Under the pieces are notes generated by a model. The model was not told where the DNA came from. It worked only from the letters and a program-made list of their open reading frames with translations, and did not search any database. Shown piece by piece: positions 1 through 11,411 of a stretch of 64,000 bases of DNA. Origin of the DNA: Nemertoderma westbladi (taxonomy: Eukaryota > Animalia > Xenacoelomorpha); assembly GCA_032718475.1 (NCBI GenBank), contig JAUCBJ010002359.1:1-64000 (forward strand). The letters are read 5' to 3'. Position 1 is the stretch's first letter. Every line of letters begins with the position of its first letter. The translations under genes were made by a program, and so were the position numbers.

Positions 1-521
1 GTCACCTAACAACCAACGAAGGCAATATACATTGCCAGCCACAAAGAGAGATGAGAGGCTACAAGCCATCTCAGGGGGACGAAGGAAGCTAGCACGTGGG
101 TATCAGAGAACAGGGAGTGCCAAGGGAAGGGAGAATAGGTTAGCCAATGGTGGGGCAGTAAACCATCTGATTGGGATGCATCCATTGGCCAGGCCAAGTA
201 CTCCAGTAGCAATATTCCATATGTGTTAGTAATATAACCGTTGCCTTTATTACCTGTTGTTCAGTTGGTTTGTGTAGAGCTGTGGAAGCAAGACGGTTTA
301 GACCATCGTCGTCATTAACCGTGCTATTATTGTATACTGATTGTGCTATTATTGTATTCTGACATTACGAACAACTGCCACTAAAACTCAGTTATTCTAT
401 CGGCCTCCGGCCTTTCAGATACCACAAGCCTTTCAGCAGCCAACGGACGCGGCGACGCGTACTATCCAAACAGCAAACACACCGGTCGGGATTCCCTCGC
501 CAACTCGGGGATCCCGTCACA
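1..521 (+). mobile_element. LTR (3' or solo; left part outside the window), related to the LTRs at 13447-14004 and 62593-63188
   Basis: Ends ACCGGTCGGGAT...GATCCCGTCACA. Shares CCAATGGTGGGGCAG, GGACGCGRCGACGCGTA and the terminal motif with the reverse complement of 13447-14004. Has CCAAT, TATA-like and TCAGTT Inr-like motifs. Confidence 0.65.
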
Positions 522-1211
522 CGGCCAAATTCGACCCGGACAATTCCGACCCGGACAAATTCGACCCGAACAATTCCGACCCACTCAGAGATCGAATGAA
601 ATTTTGCATGGGTCGGAATTGTTTGGGTCGGAATTGTCCTAGGTCGGAATTGTCCAGGTCGGAATTGTCCGTATCCAGCCAAATAAATAAATCTAATTAA
701 TAGTAATCAATAATACCGGTAATCAATATCAAAAATCTGTGTTCCACAACACTAATCTTATGTTCTTACTTAATAGCTGATATGTTTTAGAAAATTTTCA
801 AAAAAAGTAGCATATAACTAGCTAAGTATTAAAACTTTGGTGGGGTGTGTGCCCAAAACACACTTAGTACCGAATATATTCGAATTCGAAAAAGACAAAT
901 TTTAATTAATTTTAATATTAATACAAATACGAAATTATAAAATTACATAGCAAACGTGTCTAGAACGAAGAATATCCATGGACCCAGCAATCTTATGTTG
1001 AATAATAAAACAATGTAATTTTAAATAAAATTATTAATTATTATTATTTTTAAATTATTTGGGTCGGAATTGTCCTGAGCCGGATCCGGACAAATCCGAC
1101 CCAGACAATTCAGACCCATGAAAATTGCATTCAATCTCAGAATGGGTCTGAATTGTCCGGGTCGGAATTGTCCGGGTTGCAATTGTCCGGGTCGGAATTG
1201 TCCGTACACCG
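522..1211. mobile_element. Foldback/MITE-like element with ~150-bp inverted arms built from 15-bp GGACAATTCCGACCC subrepeats
   Basis: 522-675 matches the reverse complement of ~1085-1211, including the unique core (GAGATCGAATGAAATTTTGCATGGGTC vs GACCCATGAAAATTGCATTCAATCTC). Each arm is internally palindromic and the spacer is AT-rich. Confidence 0.7.
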
Positions 1212-1839
1212 TGTCCGTACACACCCCCCCCCCCCCCCCCCTCCCTATCACCCTCACTAACCCCCCTCCATCACTCAATAATTATTCGCTGTTAACTTTT
1301 TGGGGAACTATTGATTTTCCAAGCACATTGATTGCCCCTCTGCATTAGCGAGAATAGAATTCCCATTAATCACTGCTATATGTTGCTGCTACTGCTATAT
1401 ACAATATACAATATATTAGGTTTAGCAATCAATATAATCCTTCTCGCTGCTCTACAATAATTATATCTAGGCCTAACAATATCTGAGTCAAATTATTATT
1501 TTGTTTCCAATAAATAAATAATATAATATCATTATTTTTTCACTTTATTTTATTGCAATCTATGTAGTTTTATGTTTGCTCAAGAAAGATTTTTTCACAG
1601 TAATTAAATCCAATTGCAACAATGGCCTTTATAATTAGTAGTCTAACTGCAGTTTTTCGTAAGAATACACTTAGCATTAAAGGTAAATTAGCTAAATTAT
1701 TCGCCATTTTTTAATGCTTAGATGCTTTTTCGATAGTTAGACATAATTTCTATTTGGATGGGAAAATCAATTCCTGCGTGGGAGGAATTTATGACTGGAA
1801 TAAAACCATTACCATTATATTTCCTCTAAACTGAGAGAG

Positions 1840-4800
1840 GCTACTAAAACCATTACATTCCGTGGAAGGCTAAGGCTAATAAAACCATTACATTCCGTGG
1901 AAGGCTAAGGCTAATAAAACCATTACATTACCACCTGTGGAAGGCTAAGACTAATGAAACCATTACATTACCACCTGTGGAAGGTTAAGTCTAATAAAAC
2001 CATTACATTACCACATGTGGGGGGTAAACCATTACATTACCACCTGTGGGAGGTTAGGACTAATAAAACCATTACATTACCACCTGTGGGGGGTTAAGAC
2101 TAATGAAACCATTACATTACCACCTGTGGAAGGTTAAGTCTAATAAAACCATTACATTACCACATGTGGGGGGTAAACCATTACATTACCACCTGTAGGA
2201 GGTTAGGACTAATAAAACCATTACATTACCACCTGTGGGGGGTTAAGACTAATAAAACCATTACATTACCACCTGTGGGAGGTTAAGACTAATAAAACCA
2301 TTACATTACCACATGTGGGAGGTTAAGGCTAATAAACCATTACATTACCACATGTGGGGGTTTAAGACTAATAAATCCATTACATTACCACCTGTGGGAG
2401 GTTAGGACTAACAAAACCAATACATTACCACCTGTGGGGGGTTAAGACTAATAAAACCATTACATTACCACCTGTGGGGGTTTAAGACTAATAAAACCAT
2501 TACATGGCCACCTGTGGAAGGTTAAGACTAAATTACATTACCACCTGTGGAAGGTTAAGACTAATAAAACCATTTCATTACCACCTGTGGGAGGTTAGGA
2601 CTAATAAAACCATTACATTACCACCTGTGGGGTTTAAGACTAATAAAACCATTACATTACCACCTGTGGGAGGTTAGGACTAATAAAACCATTACATTAC
2701 CACCTGTGGGGGGTTAAGACTAATAAAACCATTACATTACCACCTGTGGGGGGTTAAGACTAATAAAACCATTACATTACCACCTGTGGGAGGTTAGGAC
2801 TAATAAAACTATTACATTACCACCTGTGGGGGGTTAAGACTAATAAAACCATTACATTACCACCTGTGGGGGGTTAAGACTAATAAAACCATTACATTAC
2901 CACCTGTGGAGGGCTAAGACTAATAAAACCATTACATTACCACATGTGGGGGTTAAGACTAATAAAACCATTACATTTCCACCTGTGGAAGGTTAAGACT
3001 AATAAAACCATTACATTACCACATGTGGGGGTTAAGACTAATAAAACCATTACATTTCCACCTGTGGAAGGTTATGACTAATAAAACCATTACATTACCA
3101 CCTGTGGGATGTTAGGACTAATAAAACTATTACATGACCACCTGTGGGGGGTTAAGACTAATAAAACCATTACATTACCACCTGTGGGGGGTTAAGACTA
3201 ATAAAACCATTACATTACCACCTGTGGAGGGCTAAGACTAATAAAATCATTACATTACCACCTGTGGAAGGTTAAGACTAATAAAAGTAAACCATTACAT
3301 TTCCACCTGTGTGAGGTTGAGACTAATAAAAGTAAACCATATCATTACCACCTGTGGGAGGTTAAGACTAATAAAAGTAAACCATAACATACCACCTGTG
3401 GGGGGTTAACACTAATAAAACCATTACATTACCACCTGTGGGGGGTTAAGACTAATAAAACCATTACATTTCCACCTGTGGAAGGTTAAGACTAATAAAA
3501 CCATTACATTACCACCTGTGGGGGGTTAAGACTAATAAAACCATTACATTACCACCTGTGGGGGGTTAACACTAATAAAACCATTACATTACCACCTGTG
3601 GGGGGTTAAGACTAATAAAAGTAAACCATAACATACCACCTGTGGGGGGTTAACACTAATAAAACCATTACATTACCACCTGTGGGGGGTTAAGACTAAT
3701 AAAACCATTACATTACCACCTGTGGGGGGTTAACACTAATAAAACCATTACATTACCACCTGTGGGGGGTTAAGACTAATAAAAGTAAACCATAACATAC
3801 CACCTGTGGGGGGTTAACACTAATAAAACCATTACATTACCACCTGTGGGGGGTTAAGACTAATAAAACCATTACATTACCACCTGTGGGGGGTTAAGAC
3901 TAATAAAACCATTACATTTCCACCTGTGGAAGGTTAAGACTAATAAAACCATTACATTTCCACCTGTGGAAGGTTAAGACTAATAAAACCATTACATTAC
4001 CACCTGTGGGGGGTTAAGACTAATAAAACCATTACATTTCCACCTGTGGGGGGTTAAGACTAATAAAACCATTACATTTCCACCTGTGGGGGGTTAAGAC
4101 TAATAAAACCATTACATTTCCACCTGTGGGAGGTTAAGACTAATAAAACCATTACATTTCCACCTGTGGAAGGTTAAGACTAATAAAACCATTACATTTC
4201 CACCTGTGGGGGGTTAAGACTAATAAAACCATTACATTTCCACCTGTGGAAGGTTAATACTAATAAAACCATTACATTTCCACCTGTGGAAGGTTAAGAC
4301 TAATAAAACCATTACATTTCCACCTGTGGGAGGTTAAGACTAATAAAACCATTACATTTCCACCAGTGGAAGGTTAAGACTATTAAAACCATTACATTTC
4401 CACCTGTGGAAGGTTAAGACTAATAAAACCATTACATTTCCACCTGTGGAAGGTTAAGACTAATAAAACCATTACATTTCCACCTGTGGGAGGTTAAGAC
4501 TAATAAAATCATTACATTTCCACCTGTGGAAGGTTAAGACTAATAAAATCATTACATTACCACCTGTGGGGGGTTAAGACTAATAAAACCATTACATTTC
4601 CACCTGTGGAAGGTTAAGACTAATAAAACCATTACATTTCCACCTGTGGAAGGTTAAGACTAATAAAACCATTACATTTCCACCTGTGGAAGGTTCAGAC
4701 TAATAAAATCATTACATTACCACCTGTAGGGGGTTAAGACTAATAAAACCATTACATTTCCACCTGTGGAAGGTTAAGACTAATAAAACCATTATATTTC

Positions 4801-6836
4801 CACCTGTGGAAGGTTAAGACTAATAAAACCATTACATTTCCACCTGTGGAAGGTTAAGACTAATAAAACCATTACATTTCCACCTGTGGAAGGTTAAGAC
4901 TAATAAAACCATTACATTTCCACCTGTGGGGGGTTAAGACTAATAAAAGTAAACCATAACATTACCACCTGTGGGGGGTTAAGACTAATAAAACCATTAC
5001 ATTACCACCTGTGGGGGCTTAAGACTAATAAAACCATTACATTTCCACCTGTGGAATGTTAAGACTAATAAAAGTAAACCATTACATTTCCACCTGTGGA
5101 AGGTTAAGACTAATAAAAGTAAACCATTACATTTCCACCTGTGGGGGGTTAAGACTAATAAAACCATTACATTTCCACCTGTGGAATGTTAAGACTAATA
5201 AAAGTAAACCATTACATTTCCACCTGTGGAAGGTTAAGACTAATAAAAGTAAACCATTACATTTCCACCTGTGGGGGGTTAAGACTAATAAAACCATTAC
5301 ATTACCACCTGTGGGAGGTTAAGACTAATAAAAGTAAACCATAACATTACCACCTGTGGGGGGTTAAGACTAATAAAACCATTACATTTCCACCTGTGGA
5401 AGGTTAAGACTAATAAAACCATTACATTTCCACCTGTGGAAGGTTAAGACTAATAAAACCATTACATTACCACCTGTGGGGGTTAAGACTAATAAAACCA
5501 TTACATTACCACCTGTGGGGGGTTAAGACTAATAAAAGTAAACCATAACATTACCACCTGTGGGGGGTTAAGACTAATAAAACCATTACATTACCACCTG
5601 TGGGGGGTTAAGACTAATAAAACCATTACATTTCCACCTGTGGAAGGTTAAGACTAATAAAACCATTACATTACCACCTGTGGGGGGTTAAGACTAATAA
5701 AACCATTACATTTCCACCTGTGGAAGGTTAAGACTAATAAAACCATTACATTACCACCTGTGGGGGTTAAGACTAATAAAACCATTACATTTCCACCTGT
5801 GGGGGGTTAAGACTAATAAAAGTAAACCATAACATTACCACCTGTGGGGGGTTAAGACTAATAAAACCATTACATATCCACCGGTGGAAGGTTAAGACTA
5901 ATAAAACCATTACATTTCCACCTGTGGAAGGTTAAGACTAATAAAACCATTACATTACCACCTGTGGGGGGTTAAGACTAATAAAACCATTACATATCCA
6001 CCGGTGGAAGGTTAAGACTAATAAAACCATTACATTTCCACCTGTGGAAGGTTAAGACTAATAAAACCATTACATTTCCACCTGTGGGGGGTTAAGACTA
6101 ATAAAATCATTACATTACCACCTGTGCGGGGTTAAGACTAATAAAACCATTACATTTCCACCTGTGGAAGGTTAAGACTAATAAAACCATTACATTTCCA
6201 CCTGTGGAAGGTTAAGACTAATAAAACCATTACATTACCACCTGTGGGGGGTTAGGACTAATAAAACAATAACATTACCACCTGTGGGGGTTAAGACTAA
6301 TAAATCCATTACATTACCACCTGTGGGAGGTTAAGACTAATAAAACCATTACATATCCACCGGTGGAAGGTTAAGACTAATAAAACCATTACATTTCCAC
6401 CTGTGGAAGGTTAAGACTAATAAAACCATTACATTTCCACCTGTGGGGGGTTAAGACTAATAAAATCATTACATTACCACCTGTGCGGGGTTAAGACTAA
6501 TAAAACCATTACATTTCCACCTGTGGAAGGTTAAGACTAATAAAACCATTACATTTCCACCTGTGGAAGGTTAAGACTAATAAAACCATTACATTACCAC
6601 CTGTGGGGGGTTAGGACTAATAAAACAATAACATTACCACCTGTGGGGGTTAAGACTAATAAATCCATTACATTACCACCTGTGGGGGGTTAAGACTAAT
6701 AAAACCATTACATTTCCACCTGTGGAAGGTTAAGACTAATAAAACCATTACATTACCACCTGTGGAAGGTTAGGACTAATAAAACCATTACATTTCGACC
6801 TGTGGGAGGTTAAGGCTAATAAACCATTACATTACC
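1840..6836 (+). repeat. Satellite, 40-bp unit GTTAAGACTAATAAAACCATTACATT(A/T)CCACCTGTGG(GG/AA)G, about 125 copies, with 39- and 44-bp variants
   Basis: Directly visible tandem periodicity; the array ends a few nt before the KChIP acceptor AG. Confidence 0.97.
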
Positions 6837-6843
6837 TTCACAG

Positions 6844-7109
6844 ACAACGATTTGGAGGACTTTGAACTTCCTCCGGTCCGCCAACGGCCGGTTTCCTTAG
6901 ACCAGCTGTGCAAGGAGAGTAAATTTACCCGAAAGGAGGTGCAACAGCTGTACCGAGGGTTCAAACAGGAATGTCCAACAGGTGTCGTTGACGAGGAGGC
7001 CTTTAAGGACATCTACTCGCAGTTCTTCCCTCACGGCGACTCCAGCCATTACGCCCGCTTTGTGTTTAATACAATCCAGAAGGACCCCAATGGAAACCTC
7101 ACGTTTCAG
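6844..7109 (+). CDS. KCNIP: KChIP/KCNIP-family neuronal calcium sensor, first visible coding exon (EF1 with CPTG motif, EF2)
   Basis: cag|AC AAC GAT TTG... encodes DNDLEDFELPPVRQRPVSLDQLCKESKFTRKEVQQLYRGFKQECPTGVVDEEAFKDIYSQFFPHGDSSHYARFVFNT, typical KChIP core. Donor CAG|gtgggt, phase 0. Confidence 0.93.
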
Positions 7110-9050
7110 GTGGGTAAACTAGGGGCTTAAACGGCCCGAGCGCTGTGCTCGGTTCAGTTGGGTAGGTTAACTGGGGGCTTAAACGGCCCGAGCGCTGTGC
7201 TCGGTTCAGTTAGGTGGGTAAACTGGGGGCTTAAACGGCCCGAGCGCTGTGCTCGGTTCAGTTGGGTAGGGTGGGTTAACTGGGGGCTTAAACGGCCCGA
7301 GCAGTGTGCTCGGTTCAGTTGGGTAGGGTGGGTTAACTGGGGGCTTAAACGGCCCGAGGGTGAACTGGGGGCTTAAACGGCCCGAGCGGTGTGCTCGGTT
7401 CAGTTGGGTGGGTAAACTGGAGGCTTAAACGGCCCGAGCGGTGTGCTCGGTTCAGTTGGGTGGGTAAACTGGGGGCTTAAACGGCCCGAGCGGTGTGCTC
7501 GGTTCAGTTGGGTGGGTAAACTGGAGGCTTAAACGGCCCGAGCGGTGTGCTCGGTTCAGTTGGGTGGGTAAACTGGGGGCTTACACGGCCCGAGCGGTGT
7601 GCTCGGTTCAGTTTGGTGGGTTAACTGGGGGCTTAAACGGCCCGAGCGGTGTACTCGGTTCAGTTGGGTAGGGTGGGTTAACTGGGGGCTTAAACGGCCC
7701 GAGCGGTGTGCTCGGTTCAGTTGGGTAGGGTGGGTTAACTGGGGGCTTAAACGGCCCGAGCGGTGTGCTCGGTTCAGTTGGGTGGGTAAACTGGGGGCTT
7801 AAACGGCCCGAGCGGTGTGCTCGGTTTAGTTGGGTGGGTAAACTGGAGGCTTAAACGGCCCGAGCGGTGTGCTCGGTTCAGTTGGGTGGGTAAACTGGGG
7901 GCTTAAACGGCCCGAGCGGTGTGCTCGGTTCAGTTGGGTGGGTAAACTGGAGGCTTAAACGGCCCGAGCGGTGTGCTCGGTTCAGTTGGGTGGGTAAACT
8001 GGGGGCTTAAACGGCCCGAGTGGTGTGCTCGGTTCAGTTGGGTGGGTAAAGTGGGGGCTTAAACGGCCCGAGCGGTGTGCTCGGTTCAGTTGGGTGGGTA
8101 AACTGGAGGCTTAAACGGCCCGAGCGGTGTGCTCGGTTCAGTTGGGTGGGTAAACTGGGGGCTTAAACGGCCCGAGTGGTGTGCTCGGTTCAGTTGGGTG
8201 GGTCAACTGGGGGCTTAAACGGCCCGAGCGGTGCGCTCGGTTCAGTTGGGTGGGTAAACTGGGGGCTTAAACGGCCCGAGCGTGTGTGCTCGGTTCAGTT
8301 GGGTGGGTAAACTAGGGGCTTAAACGGCCCGAATGGTGTGCTCGGTTCAGTTGGCTGGATAAACTGGGGGCTTAAACGTCCCGAGCGGTGTGCTCGGTTC
8401 AGTTGGGTTGGTAAACTGGGGGCTTAAACGACCCGAGCGGTGTGCTCGGTTCAGTTGGGTGGGTAAACTGGGGGCTTAAACGGCCCGAGCGGTGTGCTCG
8501 TTTCAGTTGGGTGGGTAAACTGGGGGATTAAACGGCCTGAGTGGTGTGCTCGGTTTAGTTTGGGTGGGTAAAAACTGGGGGCTTAAACGGCCCGAGCGGT
8601 TTGCTCGGTTCAGTTTGGTGGGTAAACTGGGGGCTTAAACGGCCCGAGCGGTGTGCTCGGTTTAGTTTGGGTGGGTAAAAACTGGGGGCTTAAACGTCCC
8701 CAGCGGTGTGCTCGGTTTAGTTTGGGTTGGTAAACTGGGTGTTTAAAAGGCCCGAGCGGTGTGCTCGGTTCAGTTGGGTGGGTAAACTGGGGGCTTAAAC
8801 GGCCCGAGTGGTGTGCTCGGTTTAGTTTGGGTGGGTAAAAAACTGGGGGCTTAAACGGCCCGAGCGGTGTGCTTGGTTCAGTTTGGTGGGTAAACTGGGG
8901 GCTTAAACGGCCCGAGCGGTGTGCTCGGTTTAGTTTGGGTGGGTAAAAAACTGGGGGCTTAAACGTCCCGAGCGGTGTGCTCGGTTCAGTTGGGTGGGTT
9001 AACTGGGGGCTTAAACGTCCCGAGCGGTGTGCTCGGTTTAGTTTGGGTGG
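7110..9050 (+). repeat. Satellite, 52-bp G-rich unit GGGTGGGTAAACTGGGGGCTTAAACGGCCCGAGCGGTGTGCTCGGTTCAGTT, about 37 copies
   Basis: Period of 52 (CCCGAG at 7381 and 7433); the array begins exactly at the donor GT. Confidence 0.97.
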
Positions 9051-9472
9051 GGGGGGGGGGGGGGGTGGGGGTGTTTGGTGCGTCCAATTATAATGGTGCA
9101 AAATGGCTTTTCCTAATAGGAATCCATTAGTCCAACATATCACATCCACTCCCTACAACATTCCAGAAAAACATGCAGATGGAATTATATAATTTTCCTT
9201 ATTTTAATTGTTATTCTTAAATGTTGTTTTAAATGTTTATTCTTATTACATTGTCATTTATGGTCGGAAGCCAATAATTATGACTTCTGACACACACTTA
9301 CACACTGGTACACCAGTATTCAGACGGTCTTGTAGTATTATTGTACCGGTCCGGTACGCTAGACCCAGATCTGGTCTGTTGAGTTGATCCTTTTCCATTT
9401 GTATTTGCATTTGTTCACTTCTTACCTTTTTTTAGGCTGGAAACTGAAAATATTATTTATATGTTTGTTTAG

Positions 9473-9632
9473 GAGTTCCTTAACACTTTATCACTTTTAT
9501 GTAACGGATCGGTACAAGATAAAATCGATTGGGCCTTCTCTCTCTATGATACCAACAATGAAGGAAGAATTACAAGACAAGATATGCTCAGTGTTATAGA
9601 AGCTATGTACACAATGGTGGGCAACTGTACAG
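9473..9632 (+). CDS. KCNIP: KChIP exon (end of EF2, EF3); this frame is not in the ORF track
   Basis: ttag|GAG TTC CTT... encodes EFLNTLSLLCNGSVQDKIDWAFSLYDTNNEGRITRQDMLSVIEAMYTMVGNCT plus 1 nt. Donor G|gttaga; phases match both neighbouring exons. Confidence 0.92.
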
Positions 9633-9648
9633 GTTAGAAACTACTAAG

Positions 9649-9686
9649 ACCACTCTACTGCTGTACCGTATTGTACATTGAACCAC
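9649..9686 (+). repeat. Orphan first unit of the 33-bp satellite
   Basis: ACCACTCTACTGCTGTACCGTATTGTACATTGAACCAC, 16 nt after the donor site. Confidence 0.9.
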
Positions 9687-10464
9687 AGTAGTAGGGGTTT
9701 GGCCGGCTTTGTGACAGTCAGACCACACTCATGACTCATCGCTTAGGAATGTGACACCTAGGGTGTCTTTGGCGCCAGACTGTCTGGGTGACACCTCTCA
9801 ATTAGGCTAATTAGACCCTAATTGACGGGTGTCATTAATTAATTAGTACATTTAATCCCTAATAGGTGTCTTACGACTCCTAATTAGGGTATAATTAATT
9901 ATCCTAATTAATGAGACCAATTAGCGCCCTAACACCCAATGGGTCATCAGTGTTGTCTAACTGTCACAAAGAGGACCAAACGGGTGTCATAAGTGACACC
10001 CCTGATTTTTTCCTATCTACTTTTAGCTATATCAAGGCAGCTTTAATGTTGACCTTTGACCCCAAGCAGCTTTAACCAAGCAGCAGGTATTTAATATTGA
10101 TTATATCCAAGCACCCTGTATTATATCAATGAAGCATGCCTTAACACCCATATTCCTGTATAAGCTCTAGTAATCCTATTCTAATTAGCATAGGGTCCTC
10201 TATTGTATCGGACCTATTTCTATTATACGCCAAGGCTAATGAACCAGCGGTCCCCCTTTGATGACCTCATCTTTGGCGCCACTTTGGCTGCCATTGATAG
10301 CATTGGGCAAACTACTACTCGCCTTCTTCGAGTCAACAAAGCTGGTTCCTCATTGGTTTAATTATAACTAACTTTCCTCCCCCCTCATGCCCCGATTGGC
10401 TGCCTAACTCCCCCCGCGCCCTGATTGGCTATTCCAAAATACAACATACATACAACATACAACA
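9687..10464. other. Unclassified repeat-like segment with a ~45-bp imperfect inverted repeat (about 9697-9739 and 9940-9981)
   Basis: GTTTGGCCGGCTTTGTGACAGTCAGACCACACTCATGACTCAT versus the reverse complement GTTTGGTCCTCTTTGTGACAGTTAGACAACACTGATGACCCAT; many GACACC/GGTGTC words. Confidence 0.45.
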
Positions 10465-11411
10465 GGCATCAACCTGTTGGTTTATTAGCTCCTGTAGATT
10501 AACAGAGTACTGCCTGTTCAGGGACCTAGATGCAGCCTTAACTGCATTCTTGGCCGCTGTAGTCTGTTTGAGTCGGGACTCTTTCTGCGCCTTATGAAGG
10601 TCATTTCCGCACTTCTGAATTTTGTTGTCAGTCCACGGGGCCCTTTTCCTGTTTCGAGGGTATACATACAGGAACTGTTTCTGCAGCTGCTAACTTAACT
10701 GCTTCTGTGAAGGCAGTATAGCCCTCACAGTGATCTGCCACCTCAGAGGCAAGAACCTCATACCTATTGCTCAGCTGTAGTGTGAAGCTGGATCTCACAC
10801 TTGGCTGTTGCAACAGAGAGGACCAGTCATGCTGTGGCAAGGCAGATTTCGTTGTTCTGCTAGCATGCATACTAAGTCTTACCTTGGCTTCTTGTATTTC
10901 CTACGAAACAGAATATGGTCTATCTGGGACTTGTGACCACTGGGTCCACTATGAGTCCATAGCTTTCCAGTTCGCTTCTTGAACTGGGTTCCAGCCGAAA
11001 ACAATCCATTTGCAGAGATAAAATCCCGAAGATGATGGAATTTCGGTTAACACTATCGCTATAGAACCAGGGTGATGTAGGTGATTGATGCAAACTTGCA
11101 TTAAAGTCTCCCAGGAATGTTAAGAATGCATGCTGATCCACTCCATCAGTAGCTGCTTGTAGATTGTGGTAGAAATTTTCCACCTCCTCTACAGGGGCAA
11201 CACTAGTTGTAGAGTAGCACACAATCAGAACCACCCTAGGAAACTTCTTAGCCAGTCTTCCAGAACATGAGAAGTGGCAACGGATGATGCGGTTAGAGAT
11301 TTGGTCTATTTTGTCCAATGCTGCATGTGCTGTTGGATTCATCAATAGACCAATTCCACCATTGCCACTATCATCTGCTGACGCGAGGGCGAGTCGCCAA
11401 CCGCCCCCCAT
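10465..11411 (-). mobile_element. Decayed RTE-like LINE fragment (AP endonuclease region)
   Basis: Motifs GGIGLLM, CYSTTS, LGDFNA. Highly similar to 30058-31052 but has an internal deletion near 10888 and frameshifts. Confidence 0.85.

Noticed and set aside
341-1348. ORFs with GRNCP / GQFRP repeats
   Set aside because: Translations of the 15-bp subrepeats of the foldback element.
7158-9149. ORFs in the 52-bp array, and the ORF-track extension of the KChIP exon to 7130
   Set aside because: Satellite translations; the exon ends at the GT donor at 7110.
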